60,968 bases of DNA, filler included, from 7 parts of 7 records of this genome joined end to end with filler, not necessarily neighbours in it; one strand, 5' to 3'. Numbered from the whole stretch's first letter, positions 19,574-30,189 are shown. The notes: a model not told the origin generated them from the sequence alone. Translations and numbers: made by a program.

Positions 19574-21367
19574 TCACTCTGGCGATTCTTCGGTGTCGCC
19601 CGTGTTGCTCCTGGCTCGCAGCGCTTGCACTTCCATACGCATGGCCTTGGCCTTGTCATCCTCACCGGTTTGCTCGTAGACCTGCGCGAGCAGGTCATAG
19701 ACATCAAAACGGTTCGGGTCGATGCTCTTGGCGATCTCGAGCTTACTCTTGGCGCTCGCGAGCTTGTTGCCTTTGATCTCGACCTTGGCCTCTTCGACCA
19801 GGCCCTCGACCTCGGCTTGCTGCTCGGCGGAGAGCGCCGGCGCCGCGCCAGTCTCGTTCTCGTCCGTCTCGGGCGTGGTGTCGTTCGCGCCATCGGCCCC
19901 AGCCGGGGGCGTCTTGGCGACAGGCTCGTTCTTCTCGACGACGGGGGGCTTGGAGAGCCCGAGCAACGCCTTGAAGTCATAAACGCCCATGATCTGCACG
20001 GCGAGCAGACCGCAGCCGACGAACAGGACGATGAACAGAAGCCAGAGGACCTTGTTCCACTTCGCGTCCCGTGATGGGAGCTCGTTGTTGGTCAGGTTGA
20101 CTGGCTGCGGTGGCATCGTGTTGTGCTTGGGTCGATTGGTGCGCATCTGGCCATTTTGCTGGCCTCCCTGCTGACCACCAAAGCCTCCGCCCTGGTTCAT
20201 GCCACCTTGCTGGCCGCCAAAACCACCGCCCTGATTCATCCCGCCTTGTTGGCCACCAAAGCCGCCGCCCTGATTCATGCCTCCGGCCTGGCCGCCAAAA
20301 CCACCAGCGCCTCCGCCAGCCTTTTGCGCGCCGCCACCTGCGGGGAGGTTCCCCGAGATCTGAGGGAAGGCATCGAGCGGGAAGAACTCGTCGCTGCCAG
20401 CCGAGAGCGTATAGCCGTCGAAGTCATCGCGGCTTGCCATCCACCCCTTGAGCCCCTTGGTGTCAGGGAACTCGTAGGTCAGGCCGAAGTTGGTCTTGAG
20501 CTTCCATGGACCGTTGTGATTGGGGTCCGGGCCGCTCGCTGCTGGCGCAGCGGCGGGTTGCGCCGGTTGCGCCTGCTCGGGCGTCTGAGCGTGCTGCGCG
20601 GGCTGCTGTTGCCCACCGCCAAAACCACCCTGACCGAAGCCACCGCCCGCAGGCTGCGCGGCCTGAAAACCGCCGCTACCTTGCTGCTGCTGTTGCTGTT
20701 GCCCGCCACCAAACTGAGGCGCACCGCCACCGCCAAACTGAGGCGGGCTGTTGTAAGACACCTGCGCCGGATCGACGATCTCGGTGCGTCCATCTTCGAC
20801 CATCGAAGGGTCCACGATCTCTGTGCGATCATTGCCAGGGACATCCCCCAACATCGCCGCAGCTTCATCCGCAGAGACGATCTCGGTCGCCGCGTAGATA
20901 TCTTCTCCACCGCCGCCAGAACCACCAGCCGCTGCGGCTGCGTTTTGCTGCTGGTTGAAGTTCCCGATACCGGCGAGCATGAGAGGATTCTCCATCTCGA
21001 CGGTGCCGTCCTCTTCCTGCTGCTGCGCCGCGCCACCGCCAAAGAGGCCGCCGGCGAAGTTGGGGAGCGAATCACCCGAGATCACCTCGGTCGCCCCTTC
21101 GTCTTCCTGCGCACCGCCACCGCCACCGCCTTGAGCGCCACCGAAGTTGCCGCCGAGGCTCCCCATCAGATCGCTGATGTTGGTCGCCACGGAGGTCTTC
21201 TCTGCGTCGTAACTCGGCGCGGATTGCTGCTGTTGTTGTTGGGCAGAGGTCGGATACACCACAAACGTCGAGCTGCAGCTCGGGCAACGGATGCGGCCTC
21301 CTGTCGAAGGTATATTTTGCTCATTCACGCGATAGCGATCAGAACAGTGTGGGCACTGGACAATCAT
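19574..21367 (-). CDS. MJ0042-type zinc ribbon + low-complexity + GYF-like + TM + TPR protein
   Basis: MIVQCPHC...RCPSC; G/Q-rich linker; WKLKTNFGLTYEF...LKGWM; one TM; TPR. Confidence 0.85.
   Translation of the reverse strand: MIVQCPHCSDRYRVNEQNIPSTGGRIRCPSCSSTFVVYPTSAQQQQQQSAPSYDAEKTSVATNISDLMGSLGGNFGGAQGGGGGGAQEDEGATEVISGDSLPNFAGGLFGGGAAQQQEEDGTVEMENPLMLAGIGNFNQQQNAAAAAGGSGGGGEDIYAATEIVSADEAAAMLGDVPGNDRTEIVDPSMVEDGRTEIVDPAQVSYNSPPQFGGGGAPQFGGGQQQQQQQGSGGFQAAQPAGGGFGQGGFGGGQQQPAQHAQTPEQAQPAQPAAAPAASGPDPNHNGPWKLKTNFGLTYEFPDTKGLKGWMASRDDFDGYTLSAGSDEFFPLDAFPQISGNLPAGGGAQKAGGGAGGFGGQAGGMNQGGGFGGQQGGMNQGGGFGGQQGGMNQGGGFGGQQGGQQNGQMRTNRPKHNTMPPQPVNLTNNELPSRDAKWNKVLWLLFIVLFVGCGLLAVQIMGVYDFKALLGLSKPPVVEKNEPVAKTPPAGADGANDTTPETDENETGAAPALSAEQQAEVEGLVEEAKVEIKGNKLASAKSKLEIAKSIDPNRFDVYDLLAQVYEQTGEDDKAKAMRMEVQALRARSNTGDTEESPE
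20162..20305 (-). repeat. In-frame 39-nt tandem repeat encoding GGGFGGQQGGMNQ
   Basis: TTCAT anchors at 20196, 20235 and 20274 give a 39-nt period. Confidence 0.9.
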
Positions 21368-21546
21368 CTGATGTCTGCTCCATGCGAAGCCAGCGTCACG
21401 GCAGTGCGTCTCAAAGGGGGACTCCCCTGCGATGCCATGACCTCGATTGCGAAGAGATTTCGCCTTCGATATTAAATCACACGTCCTCTAAGGTCGCAAG
21501 AGAAGCCATCCCCACTCCTCAGGACTCACTTTAGCTGTTCGGGCGC

Positions 21547-22065
21547 ATGAACACTACACCTGACAAGCCACTCAGGCCAGCATTCTTTCTCTACTCGGCG
21601 ACTCGCTTTGACCTCCACTGCCTGATGCGCGCGAGCGCGTCCTCGCCAGACACCTGGGAGCACCACATCCACGAGCTCCCGGAGCCGACCCCCAGCGAGC
21701 GCTTTGCCCTCTGCCAGCGCGGGCTGCTCGTGGCGATGATCGCCCTGCTCGAGCGCCCCGACGCCACATGTCAGGTCCTCGAGTGGCACGTGCGCGCTGA
21801 TCTCGACGCCACAGATCGCCAACACGCGCACTTCCTGCTCGCGCGCGCCTTCGCGCTCTCGAGAAACCACCGCTCCCTGATCGAACACCTCCGACCACGA
21901 AACTCATCCATCCCCGCGCGCGCCTACCTACAGCAAACGCTCGCAGGGGGCTCGCGCGACCTCAGCATCGACTGGCGAGCTCGCGCTGGCGCCTCGTTCG
22001 AGACCTCGACGTGCACGCGCTCGGGGCGCGCGACCATCGAAGTCACCTGGCGTCTGGATCGATAA
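21547..22065 (+). CDS. Hypothetical protein
   Basis: 172 aa ORF with host-like codon usage, ending at the terminator. Confidence 0.5.
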   Translation: MNTTPDKPLRPAFFLYSATRFDLHCLMRASASSPDTWEHHIHELPEPTPSERFALCQRGLLVAMIALLERPDATCQVLEWHVRADLDATDRQHAHFLLARAFALSRNHRSLIEHLRPRNSSIPARAYLQQTLAGGSRDLSIDWRARAGASFETSTCTRSGRATIEVTWRLDR

Positions 22066-22110
22066 AAAAGAAGGCCGGTACACTTTACCCGAAGGGAAAG
22101 CATACCAGCC
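22064..22110 (-). terminator. Rho-independent terminator of the atp genes
   Basis: Minus strand GGCTGGTATGCTTTCCC-TTCG-GGTAAAGTGTACCGGCC hairpin followed by TTCTTTTTT. Confidence 0.7.
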
Positions 22111-22227
22111 CGATTCTCTCTTCACGAGCGCGGATCATTCGAATCGATCAACGCCTCGCTGCAGACACCGCGCGGTGGCGACGCCTGTCTTGATTTTAAT
22201 AACGCGTCTTCGAAGACCACACGTCGT

Positions 22228-22566
22228 TCAGCCGAACGAGATGTTGCCCTGAAGAAGGAACGCGATAACGAACGCGAGGATGCCCAGAGCCTCCATGAAC
22301 GCGAGGCTGAGGAGCAGAGGCGTTTGAAGCTTGTCTGCTGCGCCGGGGTTGCGAGCGATGCCCTCGAGCGCTGCAGCTGCTGCGCGGCCCTGGCCGAGTG
22401 CAGCCATGCCACCAGCGAGGCCGATAGCCAGGCCTGCAGCGAGCGCGATCCAGCTGAATGCGCTGAAGTTGTTGTCAGCGACTGCAGCCTGTGCGAACGC
22501 CGAGGAGCTCGTGAGGACCGCCACGAGGAACGTGGAGAAGAAGACAGCGAGTTTACGGTGCGACAT
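22228..22566 (-). CDS. atpE: F0F1 ATP synthase subunit c
   Basis: [17 protein letters not shown] and LAFMEAL motifs; N-terminal extension. Confidence 0.95.
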   Translation of the reverse strand: MSHRKLAVFFSTFLVAVLTSSSAFAQAAVADNNFSAFSWIALAAGLAIGLAGGMAALGQGRAAAAALEGIARNPGAADKLQTPLLLSLAFMEALGILAFVIAFLLQGNISFG

Positions 22567-22721
22567 GAGAATTCCTCCTCAAGGAGTGATATACACGCCC
22601 CATATTCCTTGACGCGCGCATTCATCGAACGAGAGCCAAAATGACTCAACAGTTAGAATAATCTCGGTGCGGTCTCTAATAAACCGCACCATCTATCGTG
22701 TGGTGACGAACCTGACCGCCT

Positions 22722-23534
22722 TTAGTGGTGGTCGTGCTCGTCGCCGTGGTCATGGTGCTCCACCGCCAGGGCGATATAAATCGCCGAGAGCAAGCAGAAG
22801 ACGACCGTCTGGATGACGGACACCAGAAGTCCAAGGAACAAAAACGGCACTGGCAAGAGCAGCGGGAGACCTCCGAACATACCTTCGGCGATCGTCCCGA
22901 ACACACCCAGGACCGTGTGGTCACCCGTCATGTTGCCGCCAAGACGCAAGGTCAGGCTGAGCGGACGGATGCAGTGACTGATGATCTCGAGTGGGATCAT
23001 CAAGACAGCGAGCCACCACACAGGGCCGGCGAAGTGCTTGAGGTAGTTGACCACCCCGACCTCGCGCATCCCCACGTAGTTGTAGAAAACGAAGACGACA
23101 AGTGCCATCGCCATGTTCGTGTTCAAATTCTGCGTCGGTGGAACAAGCCCTGGGACAAGCCCCATCAGGTTGTTCAGCAGGATAAAGATCGAGAGCGTAC
23201 CGATTAACGGGAAGTACTTGCGCGCCTGCTCCTTACCCATCATGCCTGCCATGATGTCGAAGAGCGCGTCGAAGATCGCCTCGAAGAAGTTGCGCACTGA
23301 CAACTTCCCCTCAGGGATCAACGCCGTCTTTTGATCCGCGTACTTTCCACGCGCGACCAGCGCCAACACCGTCATGACAACCAACACGACGCCCGCGAAG
23401 ACGACGTGTGTCATCGTGATCGGATTGCCTGGGTTGAGCAGCGGTTGCGCTCCACCCAACATCTCTCCCCATCCCGCACCGTGTTCGGTGTGCGAGAACG
23501 ATGGAATCAAGTCCAGTAGCGTATAATCAGCCAT
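22722..23534 (-). CDS. atpB: F0F1 ATP synthase subunit a
   Basis: NLMGLVP, RPLSLTLRLGGNM and IQTVVFCLL motifs. Confidence 0.95.
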   Translation of the reverse strand: MADYTLLDLIPSFSHTEHGAGWGEMLGGAQPLLNPGNPITMTHVVFAGVVLVVMTVLALVARGKYADQKTALIPEGKLSVRNFFEAIFDALFDIMAGMMGKEQARKYFPLIGTLSIFILLNNLMGLVPGLVPPTQNLNTNMAMALVVFVFYNYVGMREVGVVNYLKHFAGPVWWLAVLMIPLEIISHCIRPLSLTLRLGGNMTGDHTVLGVFGTIAEGMFGGLPLLLPVPFLFLGLLVSVIQTVVFCLLSAIYIALAVEHHDHGDEHDHH

Positions 23535-23563
23535 GATCGTTCCGATCCTGCTTTGAGCTTATC

Positions 23564-23992
23564 TCACTCTTCCTCGCCCACACCCGCTTCCTCTTCGGAC
23601 ACCTCCTCCTCGGAAGTATCACTGGTGGGTGTGGCCACCACCTGCCAGCTCAAAACCCCCAATCCGAGGATAAATCCGCCTGCCAGGCCAGCCGGGCTGA
23701 GCCCGACTACGGCGAGGAAATAGTATGCCAGCCCGAAAAGTACAAGTAGTTTTAGAAGAAAAAGTAGCGATAACCCCAATGAGCCGCTCGTGGGCTGCCC
23801 AGAAGGCTCGAAGACGCGCCTCAAGAGCCACGCCATCGCCACGAGATCTGCGCAAAACAACGCCTCCCCTGCGATCACCCCCAGCGCCACGTCCCAACCA
23901 AAAAAAACGCCCGTCAAAAGCCCCGCCACCGCTCCCGCGACGCAGCCCCTGTAAAACATCCCCTTCACAAACGATGGCTCGAACCGGATCAT
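23564..23992 (-). CDS. atpI: ATP synthase protein I
   Basis: Four-TM protein directly upstream of atpB. Confidence 0.75.
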   Translation of the reverse strand: MIRFEPSFVKGMFYRGCVAGAVAGLLTGVFFGWDVALGVIAGEALFCADLVAMAWLLRRVFEPSGQPTSGSLGLSLLFLLKLLVLFGLAYYFLAVVGLSPAGLAGGFILGLGVLSWQVVATPTSDTSEEEVSEEEAGVGEEE

Positions 23993-24306
23993 CCCTCACC
24001 TCTCTCTTCGTCTTCTCGCGCTGTCTCCTGATCGCCCTCCCTGGCCTGTCGCAAAAGGTAGCGAACATGCGCCCCGAAAGCCATCACCCCCAACAAAACC
24101 CCGAGCACCGTCAGCAGCGATCCTGTCCCCAGGACCTCATCGCCCTTTTGCCCGAGGAACGCGCCCGCGACCACCGCAGCAGCCATCTCTATCCCCAGGC
24201 CGCCCACCGCCCCGAGCAGCTTGAAGGAAGATCCCCAACCGCCCGTTCGATCCTTCTCCTCGTTGTCAGGCTCCATCTGCCCTGGCCTCGTGGTGAGAAA
24301 ACTCAT
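23989..24306 (-). CDS. atpZ: AtpZ/AtpI family protein
   Basis: Two TMs with LGIEMAAAVVAGAFLGQKGDEVLGT; start uncertain (24276 or 24306). Confidence 0.75.
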   Translation of the reverse strand: MSFLTTRPGQMEPDNEEKDRTGGWGSSFKLLGAVGGLGIEMAAAVVAGAFLGQKGDEVLGTGSLLTVLGVLLGVMAFGAHVRYLLRQAREGDQETAREDEERGEG

Positions 24307-24431
24307 GGTGAGAAGTGCGCGCTCGAACACTGCAACAAAAAAGCGCGACACCCTCCACTTAGAAGATGTCGCGCTCGAGCGCCAGACGCGTTCGCTATTT
24401 TCGCGAAAGGTTGGAGGACCTTACGAGGAGA

Positions 24432-26987
24432 TCACTCCTCCTCGCCGGCTACTTCGCCGGAGGCATCCTCGCTGTCCGATGCCTCCTCGCCCTCGAGACC
24501 CTCTTCGCCCTCGAACTCCTCGTCCTCGTCCTCGGGGATCAGGCGCGCGGTGCTCACCACGAGCTCCTCGTCGTCCATCGTCATCAGGCGCACACCTTGC
24601 GTGTTGCGGCCGATGATCGAGATACCGTCGACCCTCATGCGGATGATCTGGCCGAGGTTGGTGATCAACATCAGCTCGTCATCGTCATGCACCAACCTCG
24701 CGCCGACGACCTTGCCGTTGCGATCGCTGGTCTTGATCGTGATCACGCCGAGGCCGCCGCGACCCTGTACGGAGAACTCCCCGATCTCGGTGCGCTTGCC
24801 GTAGCCATGTTCTGTGACCGCGACGAGTCGATCCTCGACCTCATCGCCACTTTGAACGCGATCCATGAGCTCCTTCGGAATCACCGTCATGCTGACGAGC
24901 TCGTCGTCATCGCGGAAACGCATCCCGAAGACGCCCGCAGCGGTACGACCCATCGGGCGAACATCTTGCTCGGAGAACAAGATCCCCTGCCCGTGGAAGC
25001 TCGTCAGGAAGACCGAATCCTCGCCGCTCGTGGTGCGCACCTCGACGAGCTCATCACCTTCTTTCAGTGAGAGCGCGATGATCCCCACCGAGAGCACGCG
25101 CGAGTACGCCATAAGATCGGTCTTCTTGACCACGCCCTTGCGCGTCGCCGTCAGGATGTAGCGCCCCTCCTCGAACTCATCGATCGGGAGGATCGCCTTG
25201 ACCGTCTCGCCATCCTCGATCGGGAGGATGTTGATGATCGCCTTCCCCTTGGTCGTGCGAGATCCCAATGGGAGCTCGTGGACCTTGAGCTTGTAGACCT
25301 TGCCGATCGAGGTGAAGAAGAGGACGTGCGAGTGCGTCGAGGCGACGAACATATCCTCGACGAAATCCTCGTCCTTGGTCGCCATCCCGCGCTTGCCACG
25401 GCCTCCGCGACGCTGCGCCTGATACTCTGTGAGCGGCGTGCGCTTGATGTAGCCAGCGTGCGAGATGGTCACGACCATCTGCTCCTCGGCGATCAGATCC
25501 TCGATGGAGAGATCGGAGGTGCTGTAGTTGATCGACGTGCGGCGCTCGTCGCCATACGTCTCTCGCACAGCCTCGAGCTCGCCGCGGATCACCTCGAGCA
25601 GCTTGCCTTCATCAGCGAGGATCTCGCGCAAGCGATCGATCTCTGCGCGCACGACCTCGAGCTCCTCGATGATCTTGTCGCGCTCCAGACCGGTCAGCTT
25701 CTGCAGGCGCATATCGAGGATCGCCTGCGTCTGACGCTCGCTCAATCCGAAGGTCGCCATCAACCCCTCGCGCGCGGCCTGCGCATCGGCAGACGCACGG
25801 ATAAGCTCGATGACCTCGTCGATGTGATCGAGCGCGATCTTGAGACCTTCCAGGATGTGGGCGCGCGCCTCGGCCTGGTCGAGCTCGTAGATCGTGCGAC
25901 GCGTGGTCACGTCGCGGCGGAAGTCGATGAAGTGATTCAGGACCTCCTTGAGCGCCATGATCTTTGGCTGCCCGTGGACGATCGCCAGCATGATGATGCC
26001 GAACGAGGACTGCATCGAGGTCATCTTGAACAGGTTGTTCAGGATCACCTCGGGCACCACGTCGCGGCGAAGCTCGATGACGATGCGCATCCCCTTGCGA
26101 TCAGACTCGTCGCGAAGGTCGGTGATGCCGTCGATCTTCTTGTCGCGCACGAGGCTCGCGATCTTCTCGATAAGGCGAGCCTTGTTCACCTGGAAGGGGA
26201 GCTCGTAGACGATGATGCGAGGCTTGCCTGTGCGATCGTCGATCTCGATATCCGCGCGAGCGCGAATGCGAATGATCCCGCGACCCGTCTCGTAGGCTTC
26301 GCGGATACCCGTGGCGCCGTAAATCTCGCCCCCTGTGGGGAAGTCAGGGCCTGGGATGTGTCCCATCAGCTCCTCGAACTCCATCTCGGGGTTCTCGATA
26401 AGGCCGATGGTCGCGTCGATCACCTCGGTGAGGTTGTGCGGCGGGATGTTGGTGGACATCCCGACGGCGATCCCCGAGGAGCCGTTCACCAGAAGGTTTG
26501 GCACGGTCGTGGGCAACACGATCGGCTCGTTGAGCGTGCCGTCATAGTTTGGACCCCAATCGACGGTGTCCTTGTCCAGGTCACCCAGGAGCTCCTGGGT
26601 GACGCGCGACATGCGCACCTCGGTGTAACGCATCGCCGCGGCAGGGTCGCCATCGACCGAGCCGAAGTTCCCCTGCCCGTCGACGAGCGGGACGCGCATA
26701 TTGAAATCCTGCGCCATGCGCACGAGCGCGTCGTAGACGGCAGAGTCACCGTGTGGGTGATACTTACCGATCACGTCACCGACGATACGCGCCGATTTCT
26801 TGTATGAGCTGTTGTAGCGGTTCCCGAGTTCGTGCTGCGCATACAGAATGCGCCTGTGGACCGGCTTTAGACCGTCGCGAACATCGGGCAAGGCGCGACC
26901 GATGATCACGCTCATGGCGTAATCGAGGTAGGCTTGCTCGATCTCCGACTCGATGTCGACCGGGATAATGTTGGGTGATGTCGTCAT
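24432..26987 (-). CDS. gyrA: DNA gyrase subunit A
   Basis: YHPHGD, AAMRY catalytic Tyr, GyrA-box QRRGGRG and acidic tail. Confidence 0.98.
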   Translation of the reverse strand: MTTSPNIIPVDIESEIEQAYLDYAMSVIIGRALPDVRDGLKPVHRRILYAQHELGNRYNSSYKKSARIVGDVIGKYHPHGDSAVYDALVRMAQDFNMRVPLVDGQGNFGSVDGDPAAAMRYTEVRMSRVTQELLGDLDKDTVDWGPNYDGTLNEPIVLPTTVPNLLVNGSSGIAVGMSTNIPPHNLTEVIDATIGLIENPEMEFEELMGHIPGPDFPTGGEIYGATGIREAYETGRGIIRIRARADIEIDDRTGKPRIIVYELPFQVNKARLIEKIASLVRDKKIDGITDLRDESDRKGMRIVIELRRDVVPEVILNNLFKMTSMQSSFGIIMLAIVHGQPKIMALKEVLNHFIDFRRDVTTRRTIYELDQAEARAHILEGLKIALDHIDEVIELIRASADAQAAREGLMATFGLSERQTQAILDMRLQKLTGLERDKIIEELEVVRAEIDRLREILADEGKLLEVIRGELEAVRETYGDERRTSINYSTSDLSIEDLIAEEQMVVTISHAGYIKRTPLTEYQAQRRGGRGKRGMATKDEDFVEDMFVASTHSHVLFFTSIGKVYKLKVHELPLGSRTTKGKAIINILPIEDGETVKAILPIDEFEEGRYILTATRKGVVKKTDLMAYSRVLSVGIIALSLKEGDELVEVRTTSGEDSVFLTSFHGQGILFSEQDVRPMGRTAAGVFGMRFRDDDELVSMTVIPKELMDRVQSGDEVEDRLVAVTEHGYGKRTEIGEFSVQGRGGLGVITIKTSDRNGKVVGARLVHDDDELMLITNLGQIIRMRVDGISIIGRNTQGVRLMTMDDEELVVSTARLIPEDEDEEFEGEEGLEGEEASDSEDASGEVAGEEE

Positions 26988-27645
26988 GCATTCCTCTTTC
27001 GTACGTCGAACGTGACACTCGGGGTCGCCGAACAACCGCGGCGCTCTCGCCTCGTCGGGCGTCTTGATCTTTACACTTCTTCACATCCCTCTTACCGGGA
27101 TGTTCGGGCGTCTTCTTTCGGGGGCTTCGATCCGTGACAAGGTGTGCTCCGAATCGGGCCGATCTCAAAGACGCAGGAGTCTACCAACACGCCCTCTCCA
27201 CAACAAGGCAATCCTCTCGCTTCCTCGGTATTCTTCAAACCCCTTGCCTGATCATTGCTTACCCTCCTTTCTTGCTTATGATTTTACTGGAGGCAGCGTG
27301 AACCCTCCACACCCTCCACCATCGTATGACGATCGATGAAAAGGTTGGCGTTTGGAAACAAAACCAGCACCATCATCCTCATCGCCCATGGAGAAGATCG
27401 AGGTTCACACCACCTCCCACAAACGTGCTCGGAGCGCATGGAAGCGCCAGGGCGAACTCTTTGAAAAAGAGCGGGTTTTCAGGCAGCATAAGACATCGAG
27501 GACACCTCGATGTGCACGATCGCTGGTGGCCACCTCGACTAAATACTTTAGAGCGAGCCGATCTTCTCACGAAGAGGCTCGCGCCCAGGTCGAGCGCTGG
27601 CACCGATGATACGGCAAAAAAAAATGCCCTGGAGCCCTGCCCAGT

Positions 27646-27674
27646 GAAACTTCGAGCCCGGCACGCACATCTTA
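27646..27674 (+). promoter_or_regulatory. Candidate ECF-type promoter for the sigma gene
   Basis: AAACTT-N17-TCTTA, one mismatch from the RpoE/AlgU-type GAACTT-N16/17-TCTnA. Confidence 0.3.
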
Positions 27675-27726
27675 TATTTGAGACCAGCCACCGACTGGTC
27701 GATATACATCACGAGAGGAGTCGGAG

Positions 27727-28425
27727 ATGTTACGGCTTAATGACTACAACAAGAGCGACGAGGGAAACCAGGATCTCTCGGACTTCGAAGAGATCGCCCT
27801 GATCCATCTGGACGATCTCTACGCCACCGCTCTGCGTTACACCAAGAATGACAAGGACGCCGAGGATCTGGTCCAGGAGACCTACCTCAAAGCCTTCACC
27901 AACTTCCACCGCTACGAAAAGGGCACGAACTGCCGCGCCTGGCTGTTCACCATCCTGACCAACACCTTCATCAACCGCTTTCGCCGCAAGAAGAAGGAGC
28001 GCGAGATCCTCAACGCAGATGACCTGCGCCCCATCGAGGACAACTTCTTTAACCGCGAAAAGGCCGAGTTCTACCAGAACCCCGAGAAGGGCATCATCTT
28101 CAAGACCTTCTCCACCGACCTCAAGGACGCGCTCGGGAACCTCCCCGACGAGTTCCGCACCGTCGTCGTTCTGGCTGACCTCAATGATTTCTCCTACAAG
28201 GAGATCGCGCACATCCTCGATGTGCCCGTGGGTACGGTCATGAGTCGCCTCTTCCGCGGCAGAAAGTTGATGCGGCGTCACCTCGTCGATATCGCCTACG
28301 ATCGCGGCATCATCCGCAACCGCGAGCCCTTCCTCAACGAGGAGACCAACCGCACGCGGCGCTCGATCCGAAAGCAGAAGCTCGAGGAGCTCAAGGAACA
28401 AAACGTCGAGAAAGAAGCCAGCTAG
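27727..28425 (+). CDS. ECF RNA polymerase sigma factor (RpoE/SigH-like)
   Basis: [16 protein letters not shown] and SYKEIA...[11 protein letters not shown] motifs; about 50 aa C-terminal extension. Confidence 0.95.
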   Translation: MLRLNDYNKSDEGNQDLSDFEEIALIHLDDLYATALRYTKNDKDAEDLVQETYLKAFTNFHRYEKGTNCRAWLFTILTNTFINRFRRKKKEREILNADDLRPIEDNFFNREKAEFYQNPEKGIIFKTFSTDLKDALGNLPDEFRTVVVLADLNDFSYKEIAHILDVPVGTVMSRLFRGRKLMRRHLVDIAYDRGIIRNREPFLNEETNRTRRSIRKQKLEELKEQNVEKEAS

Positions 28426-28445
28426 CGCGCGCTTTCCCGAACACG

Positions 28446-28492
28446 AAAAACAAACCCCGACAGCCGTGAACGACTGTCGGGGTTTGTTTTTT
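28446..28492 (+). terminator. Bidirectional Rho-independent terminator
   Basis: AAAAACAAACCCCGACAG / CTGTCGGGGTTTGTTTTT inverted repeat. Confidence 0.9.
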
Positions 28493-28522
28493 CATGAGGG
28501 AGTTGAAGATATTCGGACCGAG

Positions 28523-28622
28523 NNNNNNNNNNNNNNNNNNNNNNNNNNNNNNNNNNNNNNNNNNNNTTAATTAATTAANNNNNNNNNNNNNNNNNNNNNN
28601 NNNNNNNNNNNNNNNNNNNNNN
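28523..28622. other. Artificial contig spacer
   Basis: N44-TTAATTAATTAA-N44. Confidence 0.99.
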
Positions 28623-28649
28623 GCGAAGCGAGGGGAGGGCCGAGCACTG

Positions 28650-28691
28650 AAATTGCAAATTGCAAATTGCAAATTGACAATTGCAAAATGC
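28650..28691. repeat. Heptamer tandem repeat (AAATTGC)x6, degenerating
   Basis: AAATTGC AAATTGC AAATTGC AAATTGA CAATTGC AAAATGC. Confidence 0.9.
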
Positions 28692-28728
28692 AAGTTTGAA
28701 ACGGGGATATTGACGACTGACTCCGCGA

Positions 28729-29988
28729 TCAAACTCGGCCGACGATCACGACGGAGTTGATCCCAAGCATCCCAAACGAGTTGTTCAGGATGTAATCGAC
28801 ACGAGGCTTTTCTTGCGGTTCGTTCAGAACCAAACCTGGCAAATCGCACTCGGGGTCCAGTTCATCAACGTTGATCGTTGGGTGGACCACTTGGTCGCGG
28901 AACGCCATCAAATTGCCAGCCAATTCCAGCGATCCGGCTGCTCCCATCGCGTGACCGATGTAGCTCTTTGTGTTGTTGATGCGAACGTTTTCGCATTTGC
29001 CAAACACGCTTCGCAACGCGGCACATTCTTGGATGTCGCCGCTGTTGGTTCCCGTCGCGTGCGTGCTGACAATGTCGATCTGGTCCGCTTCCAATCCAGC
29101 CCGCTTGAGAGCCTTCTGAACGCACTGGGCCTGACGTTCCGGGTTGGGCAACACAAAGTCAGTCGCGTCGGTGTTCATGGCGTAACCAACCAATTCGCCG
29201 TGAATCTCGGCTCCACGTGCCTTCGCATCGCTGAGTCGTTCCAACGTGTACAAGCACCCGCCTTCGGCGACAACGATTCCGTTCCGCTTTTGATCAAACG
29301 GCCGAGACGCGAGAGTCGGATCGGCGTGGGTCGCCAACGCGTTTTGGCTGTTGAAGCTGGCAAAAATCCCAAACGTGTGAATGCTTTCACTGGTTCCACC
29401 CGCGATCGCCACATCGCACTCGTTCAACCGCAGCATCTGAGCGCCCTGGATGATGCCCGCGTTTCCAGCGGCACAAGCGGCACCGATCGTGTAGTGCGGT
29501 CCCGTGATTTGCATGTTCAACGCAATTTCACCGGCCGGATTGTTCGCGACGGTACGCGGGTTGTGGTGATGCGACCAGCAACTCGTGTCGTAGTCGAACC
29601 CTTTAATCACGTGAATTTCGTTTTCAGTCTCGACGTTACCGTGCTCGGTCACCCCGACGTAGATACCAACTCGATCCTTGTCGACATTTTCCCAATCCAA
29701 TCCGGAGTGAGCGACCGCTTCTTGAGCCGTGTAAACGCCGACGCTGCCCGCGCGTGTTCCTCGACGAATGTCCTTTTTGGACTGGTACTTCTTCGCGTCG
29801 AAATCACAAACGCCCGCCAATGTCTCACCGAAGTAGCGGATCTCGTACGGCTGCACACCGCTGCGTTTTTCCAGCAACGCTTGGCGGAAAGTGGCCCAGT
29901 CGTTGCCGTTGGGCGACGTCAAACCGACGCCGGTGATGACAATGCGTTGGTCGTCGGGAAGCTTCGATGCGAGGTTGGGGGCGATCAC
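28729..29988 (-). CDS. fabF: 3-oxoacyl-ACP synthase II family ketosynthase
   Basis: Cys-His-His triad GAACAAG, HATGT, KSYIGH; NSFGMLG; start uncertain. Confidence 0.9.
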   Translation of the reverse strand: MIAPNLASKLPDDQRIVITGVGLTSPNGNDWATFRQALLEKRSGVQPYEIRYFGETLAGVCDFDAKKYQSKKDIRRGTRAGSVGVYTAQEAVAHSGLDWENVDKDRVGIYVGVTEHGNVETENEIHVIKGFDYDTSCWSHHHNPRTVANNPAGEIALNMQITGPHYTIGAACAAGNAGIIQGAQMLRLNECDVAIAGGTSESIHTFGIFASFNSQNALATHADPTLASRPFDQKRNGIVVAEGGCLYTLERLSDAKARGAEIHGELVGYAMNTDATDFVLPNPERQAQCVQKALKRAGLEADQIDIVSTHATGTNSGDIQECAALRSVFGKCENVRINNTKSYIGHAMGAAGSLELAGNLMAFRDQVVHPTINVDELDPECDLPGLVLNEPQEKPRVDYILNNSFGMLGINSVVIVGRV

Positions 29989-30189
29989 TGATATTGCGGC
30001 CGAAATGGGCGATTGATGCGTGGATAGCGACCCAAAAACGTAGCAATCGGGCCAGGTTTCCTCAACGGGCAATGCCGGAAGCGCCCCCGGAATTGCGGGG
30101 AAAAGCCCAGCCAAATCGGCACGATTGTCTGCCAAACCGGACGATCATTCAAACCATTCCGAGCGGGCAGTCTTTTCCGTTTCAGCCAA

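Noticed and set aside
22228..24306. atp operon lacking atpF/H/A/G/D/C
   Set aside because: Split atp operons and a long subunit c N-terminus are normal in deltaproteobacterial lineages.
27352..27609. Possible small gene or anti-sigma upstream of the ECF sigma
   Set aside because: No HxxxCxxC motif or TM, atypical codon usage and several competing short ORFs; not supportable.
28650..28691. Short repeats as a CRISPR array
   Set aside because: 7-nt tandem units without spacers and no cas genes; I saw no CRISPR array anywhere in the window.
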